Assembly (NCBI GenBank): GCA_036381515.1
Contig: DASVCR010000054.1
Coordinates: forward strand, 6,811 to 70,810
DNA length: 64,000 nucleotides
Reading direction: 5' to 3'
Origin: Gammaproteobacteria bacterium
GTDB taxonomy: Bacteria > Pseudomonadota > Gammaproteobacteria > Steroidobacterales > Rariloculaceae
In this document: positions 40,550-50,176 of the stretch, piece by piece
How positions within the stretch are numbered: the first letter of the stretch is position 1
Layout: every line of letters starts with the position of its first letter
The notes under the pieces: generated by a model
Database searches by the model: none
What the model saw: only the letters and a program-made list of their open reading frames with translations
What the model was told of the DNA's origin: nothing
Program-made: the position numbers and the translations under genes

Positions 40550-41010
40550 ATGACCGAACCCGGATCACCGATCTCGCTCTATCGGCAAGAGAGGCGCGCC
40601 CAGGAGATCCCGGGCTTGCGGCGAGAGGACTTGGGCACAGTCGTGCGATACACGCCGACGAGCCCGCTTGCGGAAGGCCTCGTGTGCTTCACGCGGGTGG
40701 CCGAAACCGACTTGCACGCGGAAATCGAGCGCCACATCGCTCACTTTCGCGCCGCGAACGTTGGGTTCGAGTGGAAAGTCTACGACTCCGACGAACCGGC
40801 CTCGTTGCGAGACCGGCTGCGAAGCGCTGGATTCGAGGAAGGCGAGCCCGAATCGCTGATGGTTTACGAAACGCGGACGTATGCGCGATGCGCTCGAGCG
40901 AGGGGTAGAGTGGGTGGCCGTGGAGGCCGCACCGATGAGCCGGCCCATACTCGAATCGAAGGGTTTTCGCGAAATAGATCGAACCTACCCGATGAGGTGG
41001 CGCCCTGATC
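40550..41010 (+). pseudogene. Internally deleted GNAT family acetyltransferase
   Basis: FEWKVYDSDEPASLRDRLRSAGFEEGEPESLMV, then in another frame DALERGVEWVAVEAAPMSRPILESKGF; acetyl-CoA-binding segment missing. Confidence 0.7.
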
Positions 41011-41256
41011 AGGTGAGGCCGTATAACGCGACGCCGACAGCAGACCGATCAAAAGGCGACTCGCCACCCCTGCCGACCGCTGGCTCTTCTCGACGGGTGC
41101 CGCAGATCTCGTCGCTATAACGGTCATTGACAAAATTGGAGGTTGGGCTCCCATCTGAGGCTGTAGACTGAACCCGGTAGGGGCCGGGTGAGCCTGGCAG
41201 AATTCGTACCGGCATTTGGGGGTTAACCTGATCGTCGGCGCTCTTCGCTGAATGCG

Positions 41257-43668
41257 ATGAAGCCGATGCCGGGATGCATGCAGATGAAATCTCTATCCGA
41301 TCTTACGAGATCCACCGCGAAGCGCCCCGTCCGGCGCCTGGTGCCGCTTGCCGTGGCGGTAGCGGGCGCCGCAGTCGCCTTGTATTGGGGGATTTCCGCC
41401 GCGCTGAAGACATGGTCGCCTGCGGCCTGGGTGTCAGGCGCAGCTACGGAGCCCCATATTGATTGGGCGCTGCTCGACGAATATTGCACGGACTGCCATA
41501 ACGCGACCGATTTGGCAGGCGGCGTTGCGTTGGATCGGCTGTCCCGCGAGTCGCTGCTGAGCGATGCCGATACGTGGGAAATGGTCATCCGCAAGGTGCG
41601 GACGGGCATGATGCCGCCCGCGGACAGGCCGCGTCCTTCGCGCGCAGCGCTCGACCAGCTGACCCATGCATTGGGCGCTGCGCTGGACGAGGAATATGCA
41701 CGCAATCCGAATCCGGGCCACAAGGGTCTGGCGCGCTTGAATCGTACCGAGTACGGTAACGCCATTCGCGACCTGTTGCATTTCGACGCATCGCACATCG
41801 TCGCCAACATTCCGGCCGAGTCGGCCGGCGAAGGCTTCGATAACAACATCGAGCTGCTCAGCGTGTCTCCCACGCTGATTGATGCCTACGCGAGCGCGGC
41901 GATGCGCATCGGTCGTGAAGCGGTGGGCGACGTGTCGCTGATTCCGACGGAGGTCGAGTACGGAGCGGCGGAGGGCACTACGGACGGATTGCCGCTCGGT
42001 ACGCGCGGCGGGTTCGCGATCACGCACAACTTTCCGGTCGACGCACGTTATCGGATCAAGGTCGGCACTCGCGGCGGCGGCTTCTTCAGCAACCAGACGT
42101 TTTGCTCCGATGGCTACCGAGTCGTGGTCGGCATCGACGGCGAGCTGTTGACGCTCGACAATCCCGGCGACTTCGAGTTGCCGATCACCGCGGGCCAGCA
42201 CACGATTGCGGTCGCGCTGCAGGACGTGCGCCGCTGTACCGGCGTCAACGACTACTTCGACGACTACAGCCTCGCCGGCGCGATTGCCGGCATTACGATC
42301 AACGGCCCGTTCGACATCAGCGGCCCGGGCGACACCCCCAGCCGGCGCGTGATCTTTTCCGCCTGCTATCCGAAAGCGGCCCCGGAGGGCCGAGACTGCG
42401 CGCGTGAAAACCTGACGCGGCTCGCCACGCGCGCATGGCGTCACCCCGTAGCGGCCGAGTCCGACGAAATCTCGGAGCTGCTCGCGTTCTACGACAAGGG
42501 CGAGGCGCTCGGCGGCTTCGAGATGGGCATGCAGTACGCCATCGCGCGTCTGCTGATGGACCCGCGTTTCCTGTACAAGATCGAGCAGGTACCCGAGAAC
42601 CTGGCACCGGGCACGGTCTACGCCATCAGCGACGTCGAGCTCGCGTCGCGGCTGTCGTTCTTCTTGTGGAGCAGCATTCCGGACGAGGAGCTCTTGAGCC
42701 TCGCCACCGCAGGTCGACTGCACGAGCGCGACGTGCTCGAAGCGCAGGTGCGCCGGATGTTGCGGGATGAAAGGGCCGACGCGCTCGTGAGCAACTTTGC
42801 AGGGCAATGGCTCATGCTGCGCGAGCTCGAGGCGGCCGAGCCGCAGGATCCGGCCTTCGACGCTCGGCTGCGCGATGCCTTCCGGCAAGAAACCGAGCTG
42901 CTGTTCCGCGATGTCGTGCGCGAGGACCGCAGCGTGCTCGGGCTGCTCGATAGCGACTACACCTGGCTCAACGAACGGCTGGCTCGGCATTACGGCATCG
43001 ACGACGTCCGCGGCGACTACATGCGTCGCGTCGCCTTGCCCGCCGACAGCCCGCGCCGGGGGCTGCTCGGCCACGGCAGCATTCTCACCGCCACGTCGGT
43101 GGCGAACCGCACCTCACCCGTCGTGCGGGGGGCGTGGATCGTCGAAGACCTGCTGGGCGCGCCGGTCCCCACGCCGCCGCCGGGCGTGGAAACCGACCTC
43201 GGGGACGACGGCGTTCCGGCCGGCATCGTGGTGAACACCCTGCGAGACCGTCTCGAGCTGCATCGCGAGAACCCGAGCTGCGCTTCGTGTCATCAGATCA
43301 TGGACCCCTTAGGGCTCGCGCTCGAGAACTTCGACCTGATCGGTCGCTGGCGCACCGAGGAGAACGGCTTCCCGCTCGACACGAGCACCGAGCTGATGGA
43401 CGGCACACGCGTCGATGGCCCGGTGGCATTGCGCAACGCGTTGCTCGCGCGCGGCGATGTCGTCGCGTCGAACATCATCGAGAAGCTCTTGAGCTACGCG
43501 CTTGGGCGCCACTTGCGTTCGCCCGACATGGCGGCAGTGCGCGAAATCGCCGCCCGTGCGTCGAAAAACGATTACCGATTCTCCGATATCGTGCTCGGTA
43601 TCGTGGAAAGCACCCCGTTCCGCATGAGCATCGTCGAGCCCTCGGCGACCGTAGTCGCCGAACGCTGA
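41257..43668 (+). CDS. c-type cytochrome DUF1592/DUF1588/DUF1585/DUF1587/DUF1595 family protein
   Basis: CTDCH and CASCH heme motifs, MMPP, RLNRTEYGNAIRDLL, ELASRLSFFLWSSIPD, NFAGQWL, RTSPVVRGAW; start uncertain (41257-41284). Confidence 0.88.
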   Translation: MKPMPGCMQMKSLSDLTRSTAKRPVRRLVPLAVAVAGAAVALYWGISAALKTWSPAAWVSGAATEPHIDWALLDEYCTDCHNATDLAGGVALDRLSRESLLSDADTWEMVIRKVRTGMMPPADRPRPSRAALDQLTHALGAALDEEYARNPNPGHKGLARLNRTEYGNAIRDLLHFDASHIVANIPAESAGEGFDNNIELLSVSPTLIDAYASAAMRIGREAVGDVSLIPTEVEYGAAEGTTDGLPLGTRGGFAITHNFPVDARYRIKVGTRGGGFFSNQTFCSDGYRVVVGIDGELLTLDNPGDFELPITAGQHTIAVALQDVRRCTGVNDYFDDYSLAGAIAGITINGPFDISGPGDTPSRRVIFSACYPKAAPEGRDCARENLTRLATRAWRHPVAAESDEISELLAFYDKGEALGGFEMGMQYAIARLLMDPRFLYKIEQVPENLAPGTVYAISDVELASRLSFFLWSSIPDEELLSLATAGRLHERDVLEAQVRRMLRDERADALVSNFAGQWLMLRELEAAEPQDPAFDARLRDAFRQETELLFRDVVREDRSVLGLLDSDYTWLNERLARHYGIDDVRGDYMRRVALPADSPRRGLLGHGSILTATSVANRTSPVVRGAWIVEDLLGAPVPTPPPGVETDLGDDGVPAGIVVNTLRDRLELHRENPSCASCHQIMDPLGLALENFDLIGRWRTEENGFPLDTSTELMDGTRVDGPVALRNALLARGDVVASNIIEKLLSYALGRHLRSPDMAAVREIAARASKNDYRFSDIVLGIVESTPFRMSIVEPSATVVAER

Positions 43669-43687
43669 GGTGGAAAGGAGAGGCAAC

Positions 43688-44968
43688 ATGAAGTTTCTTA
43701 CCAGGAAGCACTTGTCGCGCCGCCACTTCCTCCGGGGCGGCGGCAGCGTGATCGCGTTGCCGCTGCTCGATGCGATGATTCCGGCCGGCGTGTCCGCGCA
43801 GAATCTCGCGACGCCGCGCCCGCGCCTCGCCTGCATCTACATCGCGCACGGTGCCGTGATGAAATACTGGACGCCGTCCGCCGAAGGGACGGGATTCGAG
43901 TTTCCGCAAACGCTGAAGTCGCTCGAGCCCTTTCGCGACCGCCTGAACGTCATCAGCGATATGCGTCTGCCCGCCGCCTACGGCGAGGACGCGTCCGCGG
44001 GCGCGAACCATACCCGGTCGTCGCAGACGTGGCTCACCTGCCTGCCGCCGGGCATGGGGCCCTCGCCGACGTCGTTCGACCAGTACGTCGCGCAGCACAT
44101 CGGGCAGGACACACCGATGCCTTCGCTGGAACTGTCGCTCGACGACGGCAGCTCCATCTCCTATCGCACGCCCGATACGCCGTTACCGATGGAGCAGAAC
44201 CCGCAAATCGTGTTCGAACGGCTGTTCGGCGACGGCAGCACGGCGGAAGAACGCGCCGCACGCATGGAGTTGAAGCAGAGCCTGCTCGATGCCGTGGTCG
44301 ACGACGTCGGCAAGCTGCAGCGCACGTTGGGACCGTCCGACCGTTATCGTCTCGAGCGCTATCTCGAGGACGTGCGCGAGATCGAACGCCGTCTGCAATT
44401 GGCAGGCGCCTCGGCGGCCGGGGATCTCGACGTGCCGAGCAAGCCCGTCGGCATACCGCCGAGCTTCGTCGCGCATTCGGAGCTGATGTTCGACCTGCTG
44501 ACTCTGGCCTGGCAGGCCGAGATCACGCGTGTCACCACGCTGATGGTCGCACGCGAGGTCAGCAACCGCGTTTATGCCGAGAGCGGCATCAACGATCCGT
44601 TCCACAATCTCTCGCATCATTCGGAAGTGCCGGCCAACATCGAGCGGCTGGCGCAGCTCAACGCCTTCCACACCCGTACGACGATTGCCTACTTCCTGAA
44701 GAAGCTCAGCGAAACGCCCGATGGGGACGGGACGCTGCTCGATCACTCGCTCGTGCTCTATGGAAGCGGCATGAGCAACTCCAACCAGCACGACCACGAT
44801 CCGCTGCCGTTGCTGCTGGCGGGCGGCGCGTCGGGTCGGCTCAAGGGTGGCCGCCACATCCATGCAGGAGCCGGCACGCCGATGGCAAACCTGCTGGTCG
44901 CGATGCTCGAGAAGCTCGACGTTCCCGGGGAGACGTTCGGCGAGAGCAACGGTGTGCTGACGATCTGA
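43688..44968 (+). CDS. DUF1552 family protein with Tat-like signal
   Basis: LSRRHFLRGGG, LPLLDAM, NPQIVFERLFG, VREIERR, FHNLSHH, GTLLDHSLVLYGSGMSN, LAGG; strong RBS. Confidence 0.88.
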   Translation: MKFLTRKHLSRRHFLRGGGSVIALPLLDAMIPAGVSAQNLATPRPRLACIYIAHGAVMKYWTPSAEGTGFEFPQTLKSLEPFRDRLNVISDMRLPAAYGEDASAGANHTRSSQTWLTCLPPGMGPSPTSFDQYVAQHIGQDTPMPSLELSLDDGSSISYRTPDTPLPMEQNPQIVFERLFGDGSTAEERAARMELKQSLLDAVVDDVGKLQRTLGPSDRYRLERYLEDVREIERRLQLAGASAAGDLDVPSKPVGIPPSFVAHSELMFDLLTLAWQAEITRVTTLMVAREVSNRVYAESGINDPFHNLSHHSEVPANIERLAQLNAFHTRTTIAYFLKKLSETPDGDGTLLDHSLVLYGSGMSNSNQHDHDPLPLLLAGGASGRLKGGRHIHAGAGTPMANLLVAMLEKLDVPGETFGESNGVLTI

Positions 44969-44975
44969 GGAGCGT

Positions 44976-46547
44976 GTGATGACGCGACAGCTGTTGTGCG
45001 CGGGCCTATTAGCGGCCGTGCTGCTACCCGCAGCCGCACAGACGGACGATCGGCTTGCGGTCGCCGCCATGCAACGCGATCTCGAGAGCGTGCGGCGGAT
45101 GCTGGCCGAAGGTCTTTCAGACGTGAACGCGCCCGGGCCGTACGGGACCCCGGCGCTTCACTGGCTCGTGCGCATCGAGGAGCTCGAGCTGACCACTCGT
45201 TTGCTCGACGCCGGCGCCGACGTGAATCAGCGCGACGGCCTTGGGAACAGGGCGTTGAGCATTGCGATCGAGAACCGCGACGTCGCCATGGTGCGGTTGT
45301 TGCTGGACCGCGGTGCCGATCCGCGCAGCCCCGACGTTGCGGGCGAAACACCGCTCATGCAGGCCGCGCGCACCGGCACGCCCGGCATCGTGCAGGCGAT
45401 ACTCGAGCGCGGTGTCGAAGTCGACGCTCGCGAACCGCACTACCAGCAAACCGCGCTGATGATCGGCGTGCGCTCCGGCTCGCCCGAAGTCGTCGCACTG
45501 TTGCTCGACGCCGGTGCGGAAGTGAATCTGCAAACCCCGCCCGGCCCTGAACCGAGATGGCGCTTGCCGAGTGAAGTCACCGCGTCGAAAGGTGTCGGCG
45601 TGAATTGGGGCGGCTTCCCGCCGCACGGCTCGCGCACGCCGATTGGCGGCGCCAAGACGGCATTGTTGTATGCAACACGACAGGGCAATCTCGGAATCAC
45701 CCGGCTGCTGATAGACGCCGGAGCAGATATCGAGCAAAGCGACGCGGACGGTACGACGCCGCTGCTCACCGCGATCATCAATGCCACGACGGCCAGCAAG
45801 CCCGGGGCCTCCACGCAGCACATCGAAACTGCTCACTACCTGATCGAGAAGGGCGCCAACGTCAATGCCACCGATTGGTACGGTCAAACTCCGCTTTTCG
45901 CCGCCGTGGATCTGCGCAACGTCGAAGTTCCGGGTCCCGTCCGTGACAACGGCATCGACCGCGAGGCCGCGTTTGGCCTGATCCGCACGCTGCTCGAGCA
46001 CGGCGCCGACCCGAATGCGCGGATCAAGGAAGTGCTGCCCGTGAAGCGCTGGATAACTCGCCTTGGCAACCTGTCCTGGGTGGACGTTACCGGCCAGACG
46101 CCGTTCTTCCGCGCCGCCTATTCGGGCGACGTCTCCACGATGAAGCTGCTGCTCGAATACGGCGCCGATCCCAACATTGCGACCTTCAACGGCACCACGC
46201 CGCTGATGGCGGCCGCAGGCGTCAACTGGACGGTGTCCCAGACTTTCGACGAAGGGCCCGAGGCGCTGCTCGAAGCGGTGAAACTCGCGCACGCGCTCGG
46301 CAACGACGTGAATGCGCAGAACACGCTCGGTTTTGCGGCGATCCACGGCGCGGCGAATCGCGGCTCCGACGACATCATTCGCTGGCTCGCCGCCCACGGC
46401 GCAAGACTCGACGTCGCTGACGCTGTCGGCCGCACGCCGGTGGTATGGGCGCACGGCGTATTCCTCGCCACACACCCACCGGTGGATCGACCGGAAACTG
46501 CGGCTTTGATCGAGAGTCTGCTCGCGGAGCAAGCCGGCGACCGATAG
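44976..46547 (+). CDS. Secreted ankyrin repeat protein
   Basis: Signal peptide; repeated GxTPL/TAL...LLxxGADxN units. Confidence 0.92.
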   Translation: MMTRQLLCAGLLAAVLLPAAAQTDDRLAVAAMQRDLESVRRMLAEGLSDVNAPGPYGTPALHWLVRIEELELTTRLLDAGADVNQRDGLGNRALSIAIENRDVAMVRLLLDRGADPRSPDVAGETPLMQAARTGTPGIVQAILERGVEVDAREPHYQQTALMIGVRSGSPEVVALLLDAGAEVNLQTPPGPEPRWRLPSEVTASKGVGVNWGGFPPHGSRTPIGGAKTALLYATRQGNLGITRLLIDAGADIEQSDADGTTPLLTAIINATTASKPGASTQHIETAHYLIEKGANVNATDWYGQTPLFAAVDLRNVEVPGPVRDNGIDREAAFGLIRTLLEHGADPNARIKEVLPVKRWITRLGNLSWVDVTGQTPFFRAAYSGDVSTMKLLLEYGADPNIATFNGTTPLMAAAGVNWTVSQTFDEGPEALLEAVKLAHALGNDVNAQNTLGFAAIHGAANRGSDDIIRWLAAHGARLDVADAVGRTPVVWAHGVFLATHPPVDRPETAALIESLLAEQAGDR

Positions 46548-46652
46548 GATCCGGGCTACGGCGAGCCGTGCTACTTGTTCACGCCCACGCGTGCGTACCG
46601 CCGCCCGCGCGGTCCTGGCAGGCCGAGTACGAGCGCTTGCGGGTGCATTCGC

Positions 46653-47369
46653 CTACATTCTGTCCGTCAGGGGATGCGTGTTCTTCGCGGGTCGGCCGCT
46701 TATTTGCACTATCCGCTTCGCGCACAGTTCGTGCGCTGTGAGCGGGACGAACAGTCTCTCGCGCGGCCACCGCACTTTCTTGAGCGGGGCGAGCCAATCG
46801 GTGGCGGTATCCCGGTAGCCCAGGGCGAGCAGAACCACGCTGCGCAGGCCTCGTTCGCCGAGTCGCAGCAGTTCGTCCAAGGCCGCCGCATCGAATCCCT
46901 CCATCGGGGATGCATCGATCCGCTCCTCCGCCGCTGCCACGAGTGCGGTCCCGAGCGCTATGTAGGCCTGCTTGGCTGCCCAGTGATAGTTCTCGTCGGG
47001 AGATGAATAGCTCCTTACGGCGCCTCTGATGGTGTTCTTGTAGCCTTCCAGTTCCGCCGGATCGATGCCGCGCTCGTCGGCTGTCAGCTGGATCAGTTGA
47101 TCCACATGGGCCTCAATGACCGGGTTCCAGGCGGCGAATACCAGCAAGTGAGAGCATTCGGTGATCTGCGGCTGACCATCGGCGATCGGCCGGATCCGTT
47201 CCCGCAGCGCCTGATCTTCAATCACCAGCACCGAGTAGGGCTGCAAGCCATAGGAGGATGGCGCCAGGCGTACCGCGTCGAGGATCCGATCGAGCTGTTG
47301 TCTCGGGACCTTTTGCCCATTCATGCGCTTGGCGGCGTAGCGCCAGTGCAAGGCGTCGAGGATGATCAT
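46653..47369 (-). CDS. NAD(P)H nitroreductase family protein
   Basis: WRYAAKRM, LAPSSYGLQP, WAAKQAYIALG, DASPMEGFD, LALGYR, KKVR. Confidence 0.92.
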   Translation of the reverse strand: MIILDALHWRYAAKRMNGQKVPRQQLDRILDAVRLAPSSYGLQPYSVLVIEDQALRERIRPIADGQPQITECSHLLVFAAWNPVIEAHVDQLIQLTADERGIDPAELEGYKNTIRGAVRSYSSPDENYHWAAKQAYIALGTALVAAAEERIDASPMEGFDAAALDELLRLGERGLRSVVLLALGYRDTATDWLAPLKKVRWPRERLFVPLTAHELCAKRIVQISGRPAKNTHPLTDRM

Positions 47370-47417
47370 GGGGTGGCTTCCTTCTTCGAGCATGAGGTGA
47401 AGTGGCGGGCTGGTGAC

Positions 47418-48386
47418 TCAGGCAGCTCTGCCGCGCGGAGTACGGCGCGCTGCCAGTGCGCCGCTGACGGAAACGGCCCGAGCGCCCCGATGGAAGAGGG
47501 TGAGGCCAAGTGCCGCGAGCGTGCCTGCCAGCGCCAGGTTGGGCGGCGGCGCTTCGCCCATCAGACCGACGGCGATCAAGGTGCCCACCAGCGCCGCCAC
47601 CGTGCCGATCTGGCTGAGGTAGACCGGCCCCGCCAGCCTCTGCAGAACGAAGAAGAAGACATACTGGATCGCGAACACTGCGATCTCGAGCAGTAGCAGT
47701 CGGCCTACCGCCGCGGATCCAAGGAGCGCCTGCATCTGCCCCGACTCGGTGATCAGCGCAAAGGGCAGCAGCGTCAGCGCTCCGCCAAACAGCATGAGCG
47801 CGGCCAGGAATACCGGCGAGGTGCCGCTCGGCCAGCGCAGAGTGCGATAGATGTTGCCGACGGCGAGCATCACCGGAATGGCGAGCACCAGGACCGCCCA
47901 TCCCTGGGCACCATCCGCGCCCCGGGCCTTGGCGGCGGCAAGCAACACCCCGCCGCCCAGTCCCAGCAATACGCCGAGCAGCCGCACCATGCGTAGCCGC
48001 TCCAGCTGCAGCAGGACAGCCAGCAGCCAGGTGACGAGAATGGGGAAGGCGAAGCTGAGCGCGATGAAGCCGGCGCCGACATGACGCACGGCCAGGAAGG
48101 CGAGCGCGTTGGGTAGCGCGAAGAGGACGCCGGAGACCGCCGCATATTCCAGGGTGCGACGGGTCAGCGGCATGGGGTGATCCTGCAGCGCCGCGGTGCC
48201 CGTGAGCACGCACGCGGCGCCCGCCATCGCCGCCATCAGAAAGCTGAGCCGCGGTGCGGTTGCCTGATCAGCTAGCTTCGCGATGACCAGCGACAGCGCC
48301 AGCAGGGTGCCGACCACCAACAGGCAGCCGAATGCGCACCACGCTGTCCGGTTCGTGTCCTTGCGTGACGTTGCCGCTCTCGCCAT
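47418..48386 (-). CDS. EamA/DMT family transporter
   Basis: About 10 hydrophobic helices, LQLER, AGPVYLSQIG, LMGE. Confidence 0.85.
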   Translation of the reverse strand: MARAATSRKDTNRTAWCAFGCLLVVGTLLALSLVIAKLADQATAPRLSFLMAAMAGAACVLTGTAALQDHPMPLTRRTLEYAAVSGVLFALPNALAFLAVRHVGAGFIALSFAFPILVTWLLAVLLQLERLRMVRLLGVLLGLGGGVLLAAAKARGADGAQGWAVLVLAIPVMLAVGNIYRTLRWPSGTSPVFLAALMLFGGALTLLPFALITESGQMQALLGSAAVGRLLLLEIAVFAIQYVFFFVLQRLAGPVYLSQIGTVAALVGTLIAVGLMGEAPPPNLALAGTLAALGLTLFHRGARAVSVSGALAARRTPRGRAA

Positions 48387-48422
48387 GATCGGTGCCTTGG
48401 CCTCAACAAAATAAGCGCCAAG

Positions 48423-48455
48423 AATCTTACTGAAAAGTATCTTTACGTCAAGAGA
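48423..48455. promoter_or_regulatory. Two overlapping MarR (UrtR/PecS-type) operator-like palindromes
   Basis: AATCTT-N6-AAGTAT and TATCTT-N6-AAGAGA in an AT-rich divergent intergenic region. Confidence 0.6.
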
Positions 48456-48460
48456 TCTCC

Positions 48461-48940
48461 ATGAACAGAGTCAAGCAGGCTGTTGCCCAGTGGCGGAGGG
48501 AATTGCCCGAGCTCGATGTGCTGCCGATGGAGGTTGTCGGCAGCCTCGTCCATGCCGCGCGGCTGATCGTCCGCACCCATCTCGAGCCGTTCTTTCAGAG
48601 CCATGGCCTGCAGCAGGGTGAGTTCGACGTCCTTGCGACGCTGCGCCGCGCCGGCGCGCCCTACGCCTTGTCTCCCACGGACCTGTTCGAGGCGCTGATG
48701 ATCTCTTCGGGCGGCATGACCAACCGCCTGGACCGGCTGGAGAAGGCCGGCCTGATCGCCCGCTCGCGCAATCCCGAGGACCGGCGGGGCACAATAGTGT
48801 CGCTAACCGAACGCGGGCTCGAATTGATCAATCGCATCATCCCGCTGCACGTCGAGAATCAAGCCCGCGCCATCGCCGCCCTCAGCCAGACAGAGCAGAA
48901 GCAGTTGTGCGACTTATTGAGCAAGCTGATCCCTGGGTAG
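48461..48940 (+). CDS. MarR family regulator, UrtR/PecS-like
   Basis: AQWRRELPELD, EFDVLATLRRAG, SSGGMTNRLDRLEKAGL, PEDRRG. Confidence 0.88.
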   Translation: MNRVKQAVAQWRRELPELDVLPMEVVGSLVHAARLIVRTHLEPFFQSHGLQQGEFDVLATLRRAGAPYALSPTDLFEALMISSGGMTNRLDRLEKAGLIARSRNPEDRRGTIVSLTERGLELINRIIPLHVENQARAIAALSQTEQKQLCDLLSKLIPG

Positions 48941-49100
48941 AAATCCCTCAGTTGCGACCGCAGGGGACTTGACCGGCATCGGCTCTCTGGGACGGTCCCC
49001 GGCGCCGCTGCTTCTCACCTCCACTGCCGCAGCTCGGCCGGATAGAACTGCTCCCCCTGAAATTAGTTTCGATGTCCTTGCCGGACATCTGATCGGGAAC

Positions 49101-49125
49101 ATCGTGTCAGACGCCATTTTTTCCC
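49101..49125. repeat. Degenerate single type A unit
   Basis: ATCGTGTCAGACGCCATTTTTTCC; contains the stop codon of the upstream glycosyltransferase frame. Confidence 0.65.
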
Positions 49126-50050
49126 GCCGATTCGATCGCGTCGCACGCCGCGCCGATGCCGCTGCGGCTCGCTTTGCGCGCGATCTCCTCGCAGCGCCGC
49201 CGCACGTCGTCCGCGCTGAGCAGCCGTCCGAGCGCGTCCGCAAGCCTTTTCGCGTCGAGGCGATTCGGCATCACGCGGCCGCCGACGCCGAGGCGCACGA
49301 CGCGCGCGGCATGGTCCGGCTGATCGTGGCTGAACGGCACGACGACCTGAGGAATGCCCGCGGCGAGCGCGGCGGCCGTCGTGCCGACGCCGCCGTGATG
49401 CACGAGGCCGGCCACCCGGGGCAGCAGCGTGCCGAGCGGAACGAAGTCGAACCGCTCGACGCCTCGAGGGAGCGTCTTCGGCACCTGCTCCGGAAACCGG
49501 GTGAGCAGCATGCCGCGGAGCCCGAGCCGCTCGCACGCGCCCGCCGCGGCCGTGAAGAAGCGACGGCCGTAACGCATCGCGGAGCCGGGCGTGAAGACGA
49601 CCGGCGCGTCGCCCGCATCGAGGAATCGCTCGGCTTCGGGCGGCAGGCCGCTGCCGTCCAAGCCGTCGAACAGCGGAAAATCGCACTGCACGATATTCGC
49701 GGGCCAATCGGGCTGGGGGTGCGCGAACCACTCGGGAAACATCGCGAGATTCAGGAGCGGCGAGTAGAGCGCGTTCAGGAAAATTCTGTCGATCGGCGGC
49801 AGGCCGAGGCGTGCTCGTATCGCGTTGACGTGCGGCGCCGATGCCGGGTCGAGCATCATGCGATCGACGAGCCGCCACAGCGCCCGCTTCAGGACGCGGG
49901 GCAGGAACGACCAGTTCACGGTGCCGTACGTGACCGGGAGCTCGTACGTCGTGCGCAGCATGGACGGCTGCAGATGCACGCGAACGATCTTGAGCCCGGT
50001 CTTCTCCGCGATCGCATGCGAGACGAATTCGAGCCCGTGCGCGGACCGCG
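49107..50050 (-). pseudogene. N-terminally truncated family 1 glycosyltransferase
   Basis: HLQPS, FPEWFAHPQPDWP, FTPGSA, VHHGGVGTTAAALAAGIPQVVVPFSHDQPD; in-frame stop upstream and no N-terminal GxxGD motif. Confidence 0.8.
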
Positions 50051-50176
50051 CACGAGGGTCTCGGCTCGCCGGCAGGCATCGTGCCGTGGACGATCATCCG
50101 GCTCGGCGGACAGGTTTGCCGGAAGTAGAGTAGCCTGCACGATGCAGTGCAGGTGAGCAGGGCGGGGAGGAGCCCG

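Noticed and set aside
41127..41156. Sigma70 promoter from a perfect TTGACA
   Set aside because: No acceptable -10 hexamer at 16-18 bp spacing.
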